Part shown: in pieces, positions 1 through 9,786 of the stretch
Position numbering within the stretch: the first letter of the stretch is position 1
How the letters are laid out: every line of letters begins with the position of its first letter
Assembly: GCA_965223845.1 (NCBI GenBank)
Contig: CBDCXR010000004.1
Location: forward strand, 4,864,001 to 4,928,000
Direction: 5' to 3'
DNA from: Planctomycetota bacterium
GTDB lineage: Bacteria > Planctomycetota > UBA8108 > SXIK01
DNA length: 64,000 nucleotides
Position numbers and translations under genes: made by a program
Notes under the pieces: generated by a model
Database searches by the model: none
What the model was told of the DNA's origin: nothing
The model's input: only the letters and a program-made list of their open reading frames with translations

Positions 1-125
1 GGGGTGAACCCCGAACGCGCCGCATCGCGCCGGTACTGCGGCCAGTCGGCACGAGCGCCGGTCGACGGATCCGTCTGAACGGCGAAGGCGATCGCGAGAG
101 AGAGAACGAGCGAGTTGCGAGGCAT
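1..125 (-). CDS. 5' end of a secreted PQQ-binding-like beta-propeller protein (runs off the window edge)
   Basis: Manual translation from the ATG at 125 gives MPRNSLVLSLAIAFAVQTDPSTGARADWPQYRRDAARSGFT: a signal peptide followed by the DWPQ(Y/W)R motif that starts planctomycete PQQ-like propellers. Not in the ORF track. Confidence 0.65.
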   Translation of the reverse strand, partial: MPRNSLVLSLAIAFAVQTDPSTGARADWPQYRRDAARSGFT

Positions 126-256
126 CGAATCTCCGTGGGGCTCGGGTGGGCGGCTTTCGCATCTACCTTACCAAATCCGTTCGGCCGCACCGCTCGCGAA
201 TCATTCGTGGTTACAATCAGAACCGCCGCCGCCACTCCCCGCGTCAAGGATCACCC

Positions 257-1132
257 TTGGAAATCTCGCCTCGACCCGGGCGTCTCGCCTGGATCACCGA
301 TCCCCACTTCAACTTTGTAGACGATACGCGGTTCGAGTCTTTCCTCCGTGAGATCAGCGCGACCGGCGCCGAGCGCGTGCTCCTCGGCGGCGACATCGCC
401 GAAGCACCGACCCTCGGCGGCTTCCTCGAAGCCCTCGTATCGCGACTCGATCGGCCGATCGATTTCGTCCTCGGCAACCACGATTTCTACCGGAGCAGCA
501 TCGCCGGGGTTCGACGGGCGGCGCGAGAGGTGTCGCGGCGCTCTCGGCATCTCGCGTGGCTGGGCAACTCGGGCGTCGTCCCGCTCACGGAATCGACCGC
601 ACTCGTCGGACACGACGGCTGGGGCGACGCCAGAAACGGCAACGCCGAGGAGTCGCCGATCACGCCGTTGATGACGGATCACTGGCTCATCGAGGATCTC
701 GCGGGGCTTCCCCGCGCCGATCTCCTCGAAACCCTGCGGCGACTCGGAAGCGAAGCGGCAACCATCCTCGAAGGCTCCGTTCGCACGGCGCTCGAGAGCC
801 ATCCGAACGTGCTCGTCCTCACGCACGTTCCGCCGTTCGCGCAGGCGGCGTGGCACGAGGGAAAGCAATCGACAGCGGATTGGCTCCCCCACTTTTCGTG
901 CCGGGCCGTCGGCGACGCATTGCGTGGAGTGATGTCCGAACGCACCGACCGTAGGATGATCGTCCTCTGCGGTCATACCCACTCGCGCGGCGAGGCGTGG
1001 ATCCTTCCGAATCTGCGCGTGCTCACCGGCGCCGCCGTCTACGGACAGCCCGCGATCGAACGGACCTTCGATGCGGACGCGCTTTTCGCCGAAGGAGATC
1101 CACGCGAACGAGTCGAAGAGAGGAGCGCGTGA
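257..1132 (+). CDS. Calcineurin-like metallophosphoesterase (CpdA/Icc-like)
   Basis: Motifs TDPH, GGDIAE, GNHD, THVPP and GHTH. Likely TTG start at 257 after AAGGA; the ORF track extends it to 146. Confidence 0.85.
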   Translation: MEISPRPGRLAWITDPHFNFVDDTRFESFLREISATGAERVLLGGDIAEAPTLGGFLEALVSRLDRPIDFVLGNHDFYRSSIAGVRRAAREVSRRSRHLAWLGNSGVVPLTESTALVGHDGWGDARNGNAEESPITPLMTDHWLIEDLAGLPRADLLETLRRLGSEAATILEGSVRTALESHPNVLVLTHVPPFAQAAWHEGKQSTADWLPHFSCRAVGDALRGVMSERTDRRMIVLCGHTHSRGEAWILPNLRVLTGAAVYGQPAIERTFDADALFAEGDPRERVEERSA

Positions 1133-2118
1133 CGGAGACGTTCATCAGCTGCGATTGGGGAACGTCGAATCTGCGTCTTCGCTGGTGTGAGCGCGCGAGT
1201 CTCGACGTGCGGGCCGAGCTCTCGTCGAGCGACGGCGCGGCCCGCATCGGTGGCGATCGAGACGCCGCGTTGCGAGCGCGCGAGTTTCCCGCGGTCCTCG
1301 AGCGTCGCGTCACCGAGCTCGAAGACGCCGCGGGCGCGTCGCTTTCGGGTGTTCCCGTCGTGGCGTCGGGAATGGTCACGTCGTCCATCGGCTGGCGCGA
1401 GCTCCCTTACGCGTCGCTTCCGGTTTCACTCGGGGAGGATCGATCACCGGCGTCGTCGATCGAGACGTCGACCGTCGCTACGGACAATCGCCCCGTCGTT
1501 CTCGTCTCGGGTGTCTGTGGGCCGCTCGACGTGATCCGGGGCGAGGAAACACAGATCGCCGGGCTCCTCGGCGCTCCCGCGCGCACCACGCTGCGCTCGG
1601 GATGCCTCGTCATCCTTCCCGGTACGCATTCGAAGCACGTTCGGGTGGCGAGAAACTCGATCGTCGAGTTCACGACCTACATGACGGGCGAGCTCTTCGA
1701 GATCGTCGCGCAGAAGAGCATTCTCCGCGGCTCGGTCGACACACACGCGTTGCGTTCCCGCGGGCTCGACTCGGACGATCTCCGCGATGCGTTTCGAATC
1801 GGCGCTCGATTCGTGCGCGATCGTTCGCTCTCGAGCGCGCTCTTCTCGACGCGCGCCCGCGACCTGCTCGAGTCTCGACCGAGATCGTGGTGTGCCGCGT
1901 ACCTGAGCGGGATCGCGATCGGGGACGAGCTTCGGGATTTGCGCGACCGGGGCGAAGCCACGCCGATTCTCATCGCGGCGGACGCCGGGGTCGCCGCGGC
2001 GTACCGGACCGCCGCGGAGACCATCGCGCTCCGGTGCGTCGAGTTCACGGGCGCGGGCGAGCTCGACACCGCGATCGTTCGCGCTCACGCGCAGTATCTG
2101 CGTTCGATCGACGTCTGA
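1129..2118 (+). CDS. dgoK: 2-dehydro-3-deoxygalactonokinase
   Basis: DWGTSNLR, SGMVTSSIGWRELPY, DVIRGEETQ, LPGTHSKHV and TYMTGELF motifs. The GTG start overlaps the upstream TGA (GTGA). Confidence 0.85.
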   Translation: MTETFISCDWGTSNLRLRWCERASLDVRAELSSSDGAARIGGDRDAALRAREFPAVLERRVTELEDAAGASLSGVPVVASGMVTSSIGWRELPYASLPVSLGEDRSPASSIETSTVATDNRPVVLVSGVCGPLDVIRGEETQIAGLLGAPARTTLRSGCLVILPGTHSKHVRVARNSIVEFTTYMTGELFEIVAQKSILRGSVDTHALRSRGLDSDDLRDAFRIGARFVRDRSLSSALFSTRARDLLESRPRSWCAAYLSGIAIGDELRDLRDRGEATPILIAADAGVAAAYRTAAETIALRCVEFTGAGELDTAIVRAHAQYLRSIDV

Positions 2119-2382
2119 AACTCGAGCCGTGAGGCGAACGCGGCGCCTCGAATCCAACTGGAATCGCTTCGCGCTTTTGGCGATCATGTCGCGCCGGTCC
2201 CGGATTCCTCGCCCGATCCGGTGAGCGAAGCGGCGAGCCGACGTCGGACGAAACACTGACGCCAGATCAGCGGCGCGCTGACTCGATGGAGTTCGCAACG
2301 CAGTGAGGATCGAGGTGGCGGCATCCGGTGCTCAGTTTTCGTCCTAGCGCCGCGTAGTAGAATCGGGTGGAAACTCCGGGCC

Positions 2383-4143
2383 ATGACCGAGCACGTCACC
2401 GAACATAAGCATGGCGGGCTGAAGGAGCTTCCCGCGACGGCGATCTGCGGGAACGATATCACCTCCTCGTGCCTCTACGTCTCCGCGCTCGCCATCGTCT
2501 ACGGCGGGAAGTGGGCGCCTCTCGCCCTTCTCTGCGTGGGCGGCGTCCTCTATCTCTTTCGCTCGATCTACGCCGAAGTCGTCGGCGCGCTCCCACTCAA
2601 CGGCGGCGCGTACAACGCGCTTCTCAACACGACGAGCAAGTTTCGCGCGTCGATCGCCGCGTGTCTCACGATACTCTCGTACATGGCGACGGCCGTCATT
2701 TCGGCGAGCGAAGCCATGCACTACGTAGAGACACTCGTGCACGGACTGAACGTCGCGTGGGCGACCGCCGGTCTGCTCGCGGTGTTCGCCGTGCTCACGA
2801 TCGTCGGGATCACGGAATCGGCGATCGTCGCGATCGTGATCTTCATCACGCACATCGCGACTCTCGTCCTCCTCATCTTCTGCGGCGTCATCTTTCTCTT
2901 CGGCAACGGGCTCAGCATCGCGGCCGAGAACTTCGCGGCTGCGCCGCCCGGGGGATTCGGTACTGCGCTCTTGTTCGGCTTCTCCGCCGCGATGCTCGGG
3001 ATTTCCGGCTTCGAGAGCTCGTCCAACTTCGTCGAAGAGCAGGCCGAAGGCGTCTTCCCAAAGACGCTCCGCAACATGTGGGTCGCCGTCACCTTCTTCA
3101 ACCCCGTGATGGCACTTCTCGCGCTCTCACTCATCTCGATCGACGATGTCCACGCGAACGAGCACGCGCTCCTCGCGCACCTCGGCGAAGTCTCCGCGGG
3201 GAAGTGGCTCTCGTACGTGATCTCCGTTGACGCGGCGCTCGTCCTCAGCGGAGCCGTGCTCACGAGCTTCGTCGGCGTCAATGGCCTCGTCGGACGCATG
3301 ACGCTCGATCGCTGCCTCCCTCAGCTCCTCCTCAAGAGGAACCGCCGCGGCACCACGCACCGCATCGTCATCGCGTTTTTCATTCTCTGCGTTTCGGTTC
3401 TCTTCGTCACGAGCGGCGACGATCAGATCAAAAAGCTCGCCGTCGTCTACACGCTATCCTTTCTCTCCGTGATGGCACTCTTCGGCTTCGGGAACATCCT
3501 TCTCAAGGTGAAGCGCGCGCGCCTTCCGCGTCCGGCTCGAGCGCCGTGGGCGTTCGTTCTCGTCGCGATCGCCGCCGTGATGGTCGCGATCTACGGCAAC
3601 GCGCGCATGAAAGAAGAATATCTCCGCGTCTTTCTCTTCTATCTCATTCCCGCTCTCCTCGTCGTCTCGATCATGCTTAGCCGCATCTCGATTCTGAAGG
3701 GAGTGCTCTTCATCGCACGCGGCATCCTGAAGCGCGCGGGGAAACGGGAGAGCGGGCTCGAAGCCGCGATCCAGGCGAAGATCGACGACATCAACAGCCA
3801 GCAGCTCGTCTTCTTCACCCGCGGCGACAACGTCGCGAACCTGAATCAGGCGATGCTCTACGTCTCGAACAACGAGCACACGAATCGAATCAAGATCGTG
3901 AGCGTCGTGAAGGACGAGGGCGAAGTTCCCGAACGGCTACGGCGGGACCTTCGATTCCTCGACGAGGCGTATCCGGAGATCGACATCGAGTTCGTCGTCG
4001 AGAAGGGGACGTTCGGGCCGGAACTCATCCAGGAGCTGTCGCGGCGATGGCAGATTCCGACGAACCTCATGTTCATCGGATCGCCCGGGACTCACTTCAT
4101 GTACGGGCTCGCCGAGCTCGGAGGCGTGCGTCTCATCATCTGA
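2383..4143 (+). CDS. APC-family amino acid permease with a C-terminal cytoplasmic domain
   Basis: About 12 hydrophobic segments; AICGNDITSS, LPLNGGAY and GFESSSNFVEE motifs. Confidence 0.85.
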   Translation: MTEHVTEHKHGGLKELPATAICGNDITSSCLYVSALAIVYGGKWAPLALLCVGGVLYLFRSIYAEVVGALPLNGGAYNALLNTTSKFRASIAACLTILSYMATAVISASEAMHYVETLVHGLNVAWATAGLLAVFAVLTIVGITESAIVAIVIFITHIATLVLLIFCGVIFLFGNGLSIAAENFAAAPPGGFGTALLFGFSAAMLGISGFESSSNFVEEQAEGVFPKTLRNMWVAVTFFNPVMALLALSLISIDDVHANEHALLAHLGEVSAGKWLSYVISVDAALVLSGAVLTSFVGVNGLVGRMTLDRCLPQLLLKRNRRGTTHRIVIAFFILCVSVLFVTSGDDQIKKLAVVYTLSFLSVMALFGFGNILLKVKRARLPRPARAPWAFVLVAIAAVMVAIYGNARMKEEYLRVFLFYLIPALLVVSIMLSRISILKGVLFIARGILKRAGKRESGLEAAIQAKIDDINSQQLVFFTRGDNVANLNQAMLYVSNNEHTNRIKIVSVVKDEGEVPERLRRDLRFLDEAYPEIDIEFVVEKGTFGPELIQELSRRWQIPTNLMFIGSPGTHFMYGLAELGGVRLII

Positions 4144-4290
4144 CGCTCGAAGGGCGTACCTCCAGGCCCTCCCGGCGTTCGATTCCGCTGGGCGAGTGTC
4201 GAGCGACTCGGCACAATGATGGGACGGTCGTCGGCTCGCCGTGTGATCTTTGCGAGGCGGCGAGGAAGATCTCCCGGCGCGTCGGATCCC

Positions 4291-6906
4291 ATGAAGCTAC
4301 ATACGATCGTCCTTGTTGCCACGGCGTTGGTCGGCTCGACCGCACTCGGAAGCGACCCCGATCGGGCCGCCGTCACGGTCGAGGTCGTCGAAGGCGTTCC
4401 GAACTCTCGCAAGTGGAGCGAGCTGTCGACGGGAAGGACGACCGACACGTTCGCCGTTCCGGCCTTCGCTCTTTCGGAAGTTCCCCGAAAGTACGCCCAG
4501 GGAGGAGGCGAGGCGTCCGACGGTCAGATCGTTTCGCGCTCGAGCCCGTTTCTCGTTCGCCTGCGCGCCGATGTCGCCTTTCGCGGCGGAACCTACTCCT
4601 TTCTTCTCCGGTCGTTCGGAGGAGCTCGCCTCGTCGTCGACGGTGAGACCGTTCTTTCGACTCGGTTCAAAGCCCGAAACGCCGATGGGCACGAGGAGGT
4701 TCCACCGCAGGCGACGAAGCTCTTTCCGCAGATGCGACTTGCGCGAACGGGACACGCCGAAGCCGTCACGGATTTCGAGCTCGCGGCCGGCAGCCACGAG
4801 GTCCTGCTCGAAGCCGTCGTCGGTGGGAAGGGCCTCCGGCCGGAGATCGGGGAGCTCGGCGTGGCGTTCGCCGCGCGCGAACCGGACGGAAGCGTTCGCG
4901 TCTACCACCTCCTCCAGCCCCGAACGATCGCCGCCGAAGCGACTGACGCGAGCGATCCGTTCGGAGCGCCGCTCACGGACGACGGGTGGCGCGAGTACGC
5001 ATTCGCGCACCGCGAGCGAGTTCTGGCGCTCAACCGCAAACGCCGGCGCGATGCCTCACGTTCGAGTGACGCCTACTGGCGACAGCGTCACGCCGAAGCG
5101 GCGTTCGTCGCCGTGCGCATGCCCGTTCGGCGCGAAGCGAGTATCGACACGTTCATCGAAGAGCGTCTACGGGAGGCGGGCGCCGAGCCGAGAACGGTCG
5201 TCAGCGATCACACCTTCCTCCGGCGCGTCAGCCTCGACACGCGCGGAGTCGTGCCGACACCGGCCGAGATCGAATGGTTCTTCGCCGAGCCCGAAGAATC
5301 GCGGCGAGCGGCGTGGATCGATCGCATGCTCGAGGATCCCGGCTGGGCGGACCACTGGGTCGCGTACTGGCAAGACGTCCTCGCTGAGAACCCCGGCATC
5401 CTGAAGCCGAAGCTCAACAACACGGGTCCCTTCCGCTGGTGGATCCACGAATCGTTTCTCGACGCAAAGCCGATCGATCGCTTCGTAACCGAGCTCGTCC
5501 ACATGAAGGGGAGCAAATACGAAGGCGGCGCCGCGGGATTCGAGCTCGCGACGGAGAACGATGTCCCGATGGCGGCGAAAGCCCACATCCTCGGGACGGC
5601 GTTCCTCGGCATCGACATGAAGTGCGCGCGTTGCCACGACGCACCGTATCACCCGTACGGGCAGCGCGATCTTTTCAGCATCGCGGCGATGCTCGAAGGG
5701 AAGCCGATCAAAGTCCCGCTGACGAGCAGCGTGCCGAGGACGAAGGAAGAGATCGACGATCTCATCGTCGAGGTGACGCTGGCACCGGGGACGTCCGTCG
5801 AACCGGCCTGGCCGTTCGAAGAGATCGCGCCCGAGTACGCGGGTGGCGAGACGAGCACGAATCTCGCGAGCTCGCGCGACCAGCTCGCAGCGCGCATCAC
5901 CTCGCCGCGGAATCGCCGCTTTGCGCGGGTCGTCGTCAATCGGCTGTGGAAGCGGTATCTCGGCTACGCTCTCGTCGAGCCGGTGAGCGATTGGGACGGC
6001 GCGAAGGCGTCGCATCCCGAGCTCCTCGACTTCCTCGAGCGCGAGCTGCTGCTCGGCGGCTACGACCTAAAGCACGTCGCACGTCTGATCTTGAGCTCGC
6101 GTGCTTACCAGCGCGAGTGTGACGGCGACGCGACGAAGGTCCCGGAGCCCGAAAAACGACTCTTCCGTGGACCGGCGAGGCGGCGGCTGAGCGCCGAGCA
6201 ACTCGTCGATTCGCTCTTCCGCGTCGCCGGGAAAGCGCTCGGCTCGGAGCCTCTCTGCCTCGACGTCGACGGGCGGCGGCCGATCACGACCTTCCTCAAC
6301 CTCGGTGTCCCGCGGCGCGCGTGGGAGTTTACGTCGCTCTCGAACGAGCGCGATCGACCGTCGCTGGCGATGCCGGTTGCGCAGAGCGTCATCGACGTCC
6401 TCCGTACGTTCGGCTGGCGCGAAACGAGGCAGGATCCGATCACCGTCCGCGACGAAGAGCCGACCGTGCTCCAGCCGCTAGTCGTCGCGAATGGTGTCGT
6501 CGGGAATCGCGCGACGACGCTCTCCGATGATCACGCACTCACGCAGGTCGCGATCGACGCGCGCGACGCCCGAGCGCTCGTTCGCAGCGTCTACCTTCGC
6601 GTCCTCAGTCGGTTGCCGACTCCGCCGGAAGAAGCACTGTTCTCCGATCTACTCCGTGAGGGCTTCGACGAGCGAGTTGTCGACTCCTCGGTTGTCGACA
6701 GTGGTGAGAAAGAGGCGAGCGACCAGCGAGCGGTTTCGTGGTCGAACCATCTCTCAGCCGAAGCCAATCGTCTGAAGATCGAGCTCGAGCGCCGCGTGCG
6801 CGCGGGCGATCGACCGACGTCGCGCCTTCGACCCGAATGGCGCGAACGCCTCGAAGACGTCGTCTGGACGCTCGTCAATTCGAGCGAGTTTCTCTTCGTC
6901 CCTTGA
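4291..6906 (+). CDS. Secreted DUF1549/DUF1553 (PSD1) protein with an N-terminal PA14-like region and one CxxCH
   Basis: Signal peptide MKLHTIVLVATAL; FLRRVSLDTRG, CARCHD, ARVVVNRLW, SHPELLD and C-terminal NSSEFLFVP. Confidence 0.85.
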   Translation: MKLHTIVLVATALVGSTALGSDPDRAAVTVEVVEGVPNSRKWSELSTGRTTDTFAVPAFALSEVPRKYAQGGGEASDGQIVSRSSPFLVRLRADVAFRGGTYSFLLRSFGGARLVVDGETVLSTRFKARNADGHEEVPPQATKLFPQMRLARTGHAEAVTDFELAAGSHEVLLEAVVGGKGLRPEIGELGVAFAAREPDGSVRVYHLLQPRTIAAEATDASDPFGAPLTDDGWREYAFAHRERVLALNRKRRRDASRSSDAYWRQRHAEAAFVAVRMPVRREASIDTFIEERLREAGAEPRTVVSDHTFLRRVSLDTRGVVPTPAEIEWFFAEPEESRRAAWIDRMLEDPGWADHWVAYWQDVLAENPGILKPKLNNTGPFRWWIHESFLDAKPIDRFVTELVHMKGSKYEGGAAGFELATENDVPMAAKAHILGTAFLGIDMKCARCHDAPYHPYGQRDLFSIAAMLEGKPIKVPLTSSVPRTKEEIDDLIVEVTLAPGTSVEPAWPFEEIAPEYAGGETSTNLASSRDQLAARITSPRNRRFARVVVNRLWKRYLGYALVEPVSDWDGAKASHPELLDFLERELLLGGYDLKHVARLILSSRAYQRECDGDATKVPEPEKRLFRGPARRRLSAEQLVDSLFRVAGKALGSEPLCLDVDGRRPITTFLNLGVPRRAWEFTSLSNERDRPSLAMPVAQSVIDVLRTFGWRETRQDPITVRDEEPTVLQPLVVANGVVGNRATTLSDDHALTQVAIDARDARALVRSVYLRVLSRLPTPPEEALFSDLLREGFDERVVDSSVVDSGEKEASDQRAVSWSNHLSAEANRLKIELERRVRAGDRPTSRLRPEWRERLEDVVWTLVNSSEFLFVP

Positions 6907-6924
6907 TCCGACACGACACGTGCG

Positions 6925-8226
6925 ATGAACGATACCACGAGACGAGAGTTTCTGGCGGGGACCGCCGCGGCGGCGCTCACCCCGCTCGCCACCGTTGGTG
7001 CGGGTCCGCTCCTCGACTCTTCCGAGCGTGCCGAGCCGCGAACGAAGCCGGCGAAGCACTGCATCTTTCTCTGGCTCGGCGGCGGCGCGTGTCAAATCGA
7101 CACCTGGGACCCGAAGCGCCGCGGTGATCCGAAGAAGAAGATCGCCGGCTCGGACTACGACGCCGTGCCAACGGCGATCCAGGGCGAGAAGGTCTGCGAG
7201 CACCTCGGGCGTTCGGCCGACGTCCTCGATCGCGCGGTTCTTTTTCGCACGGTTCACCACGACGTGATCGACGAGCACGCCGCGGCGGTGAATCGCATGC
7301 ACACGGGTCGCCCGACGAGCGGGACGGTCGTCTACCCGTCGATCGGAAGCGTGGTCGCGCACGAGCTAGGTGCCGCGGCGCGCGGCGTCCCGGCCTACAT
7401 CGTGATGGGCTATCCGAATCTCACGCGCGGACCCGGGTTTCTCGGCGCGAAGCACAGCTATCTCTACCTCACCGACACCGACTCGGGACCCGCGGCGCTT
7501 ACGCGTCCGCCCGCGGTCACGAAGAGTCGGCAGAAGAGGCGCGCCGAGCTGCTCGCCCGCCTCCGCGACCTACGCGGCCGCGAAGCGGCGGACGCGGCGG
7601 TTCGCGACTACGAAGAGGTCACCGCCGCCGCGTTCCGTCTCGCGGGGCCGGAGTTCATGGGCGCGTTCGAGCTCGAAAAGGAGCCGGCCGAGCTTCGTGA
7701 GTCATACGGCGCGGAGTTCGGTCAGCGCTGCCTCCTCGCGCGGCGCCTCGTCGAGCGCGGGGCGCGGTTCATCGAGGTGTCGCACAACCTCAACTTCATC
7801 AACGGAACCGGCTGGGACACGCACAACGAGGGACAAGCGAAGCAGCACCTTCTCATCGATGAGCTCGACAAAGCGTTCTCGACGCTCGTCCTCGACCTCG
7901 AGAAACACAAGCTGCTCGACGACACGCTCGTCGTGATCTCGACCGAGTTCGGACGCCCGGCCAAGTTCGACGGTCGAGGCGGGCGCGGCCATCAGTCGCG
8001 CGCGTTCAGCGTCGTTCTCGCCGGTGGCGGCCTTCGAACGGGGCAAGTCATCGGCGAAACGAACGAGCTCGGCGAGAAACCCGCCGCGCACCCGGTCTCG
8101 GTCCCGGATCTCTTCGCGACGATCTACCACGCGCTCGGGATCGATCCGCTGAAGGAGCTCTACGCAGGCGATCGACCCGTACCGATCACGGACCAGGGGC
8201 GGGCGGTGGCTCGAGTGTTCGGCTAG
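6925..8226 (+). CDS. DUF1501 family protein (Tat signal)
   Basis: TRREFL Tat motif; IFLWLGGGACQIDTWDPK, LARRLVERG, WDTH and EFGR. Confidence 0.9.
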   Translation: MNDTTRREFLAGTAAAALTPLATVGAGPLLDSSERAEPRTKPAKHCIFLWLGGGACQIDTWDPKRRGDPKKKIAGSDYDAVPTAIQGEKVCEHLGRSADVLDRAVLFRTVHHDVIDEHAAAVNRMHTGRPTSGTVVYPSIGSVVAHELGAAARGVPAYIVMGYPNLTRGPGFLGAKHSYLYLTDTDSGPAALTRPPAVTKSRQKRRAELLARLRDLRGREAADAAVRDYEEVTAAAFRLAGPEFMGAFELEKEPAELRESYGAEFGQRCLLARRLVERGARFIEVSHNLNFINGTGWDTHNEGQAKQHLLIDELDKAFSTLVLDLEKHKLLDDTLVVISTEFGRPAKFDGRGGRGHQSRAFSVVLAGGGLRTGQVIGETNELGEKPAAHPVSVPDLFATIYHALGIDPLKELYAGDRPVPITDQGRAVARVFG

Positions 8227-8250
8227 AGCATCGAGGGACGAGGTCTCGAC

Positions 8251-9528
8251 TCACGTCCGCCACGCCACCAGCACCGTCTCCATCTCCTCCGGCGTGAGCC
8301 CGCCGTGGTGCCCCCGAAATTGCTGCGGCCGCTCCGGCTTGCCGAGCCAGTACACCGATTCGTTCGCGTAGGGAAGAGCGATGAGATCCGGCATTCGGGC
8401 GTCGAAGCCCGCGCTCGCCTCCCCCGGTCCGAACATCCCGGCGTCTTCGAGTTCGGCGCGTGAGTAGACCTCCGCTCGGCCGTCGAGAACCGCGCGCAGC
8501 TCGCCCTGCACGTCGGGGAGAGAGGAGGCATCGCGTAAATAGATAAAATAGTCGCGCGACGATCCCGCCGGGGCGATCGGCCCGCCCGTGACGTCACGCG
8601 CGAACTCGCCCGCGACGCGCGGGCACTCGACGTCAAGATAGACGGTGCGCCCGGGATCCATCTCCACCTGGCCGTGATCGGCCGACAGGAGATAGAGCGT
8701 GTCGGGTCGGCCGCGGAGCGCGCTCAGGACGTGACGCTCGATCGAGCCGAAGAGCGTGCGGACGAAGCGATCGAGGCGCGTCGACGCCGGGCCGTGCTCG
8801 TGGCAGGCGAGGTCGAATCGGTCGATGTAGAAGAAACAGTACGCGGGATCGCTCTCTTCCTCGACGGTCTCGCGGAGACGCTCGAGGCCTTCGCGGAGAT
8901 TCCGGTACGGAATCGTGCGCGCGCCCCGGCAGACATGGCGCGAATACGCGCTCCGTGCGTAGAGCGCGCTTTGGAACACGTAGGACCGCACTCCCCGCTC
9001 CGCCAACCGATCATAGAGCTCTCCGCGCGGAAGGAGCGCGTCGATGTAACCCGCCATTTCGGGAAGTGAATCCCGCAGCTTGCTCGAGTACGCGCGATAA
9101 AGAAGCGGGAGGATGACTTCGCCGACGCGCGGATCGTAGTACTGCCACTCGCAGACACCCGACTGCTTGATCGGGAGCCCGGTGTGCGCGCAGGTAACGT
9201 GCACGGCTGTTGTCGACGGGAACATCGACGTCAGCTTCGAGACGACGCCGCACTCCGCGATCTCGGCGAGTAGATCGACGGACGACCGCCATCGCTCGAG
9301 GAAACGCCAGCCGAACGCATCGACAAGAAAGAACACCACCGTTCGCGCGCGCCGATCGCCGTCGCCGAACACCGACGGCGGGAGAGTCGAGAGCGGCGAT
9401 GATCCGGTGAGGATGTGTTCGATCGTGCCCGGAATCCGCGAGAAGCAAAACGACTCGTAGAGCGGCCGGAGAAAGCGCTCCGACCAGCGCGCGTCGTCGA
9501 CCGCGGCGAGGGACTCGGTGTTGAGCAC
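8251..9528 (-). CDS. Alkaline phosphatase superfamily nucleotide pyrophosphatase/phosphodiesterase
   Basis: LVDAFG, SMFPSTTA (catalytic Thr), DLACHEHG, SADHG and GHHGG. Probable GTG start at 9528; the start is uncertain. Confidence 0.85.
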   Translation of the reverse strand: MLNTESLAAVDDARWSERFLRPLYESFCFSRIPGTIEHILTGSSPLSTLPPSVFGDGDRRARTVVFFLVDAFGWRFLERWRSSVDLLAEIAECGVVSKLTSMFPSTTAVHVTCAHTGLPIKQSGVCEWQYYDPRVGEVILPLLYRAYSSKLRDSLPEMAGYIDALLPRGELYDRLAERGVRSYVFQSALYARSAYSRHVCRGARTIPYRNLREGLERLRETVEEESDPAYCFFYIDRFDLACHEHGPASTRLDRFVRTLFGSIERHVLSALRGRPDTLYLLSADHGQVEMDPGRTVYLDVECPRVAGEFARDVTGGPIAPAGSSRDYFIYLRDASSLPDVQGELRAVLDGRAEVYSRAELEDAGMFGPGEASAGFDARMPDLIALPYANESVYWLGKPERPQQFRGHHGGLTPEEMETVLVAWRT

Positions 9529-9786
9529 GAAGAGCGTGAATTCGATCGGAGTGGACGGAACCGTCGCCGCGCTCTGCGCGCCCGACTTGCACGAGGACGC
9601 CACTTTAGCATGACACGACGCGAAAGAGACCTCCGCGCGACCCTCTGCTAACTCGGGCGCCGTCCGAAAGTCGAAGAATCGCGGTCGAACTCGCCGAATC
9701 CGGTCTGGATACCCTCCACCTCGACGCACTGGAGATCTATACTGGTTGGTGTTCGACGTCTACATCGCCAGCGAGAAGTCTTTTCG

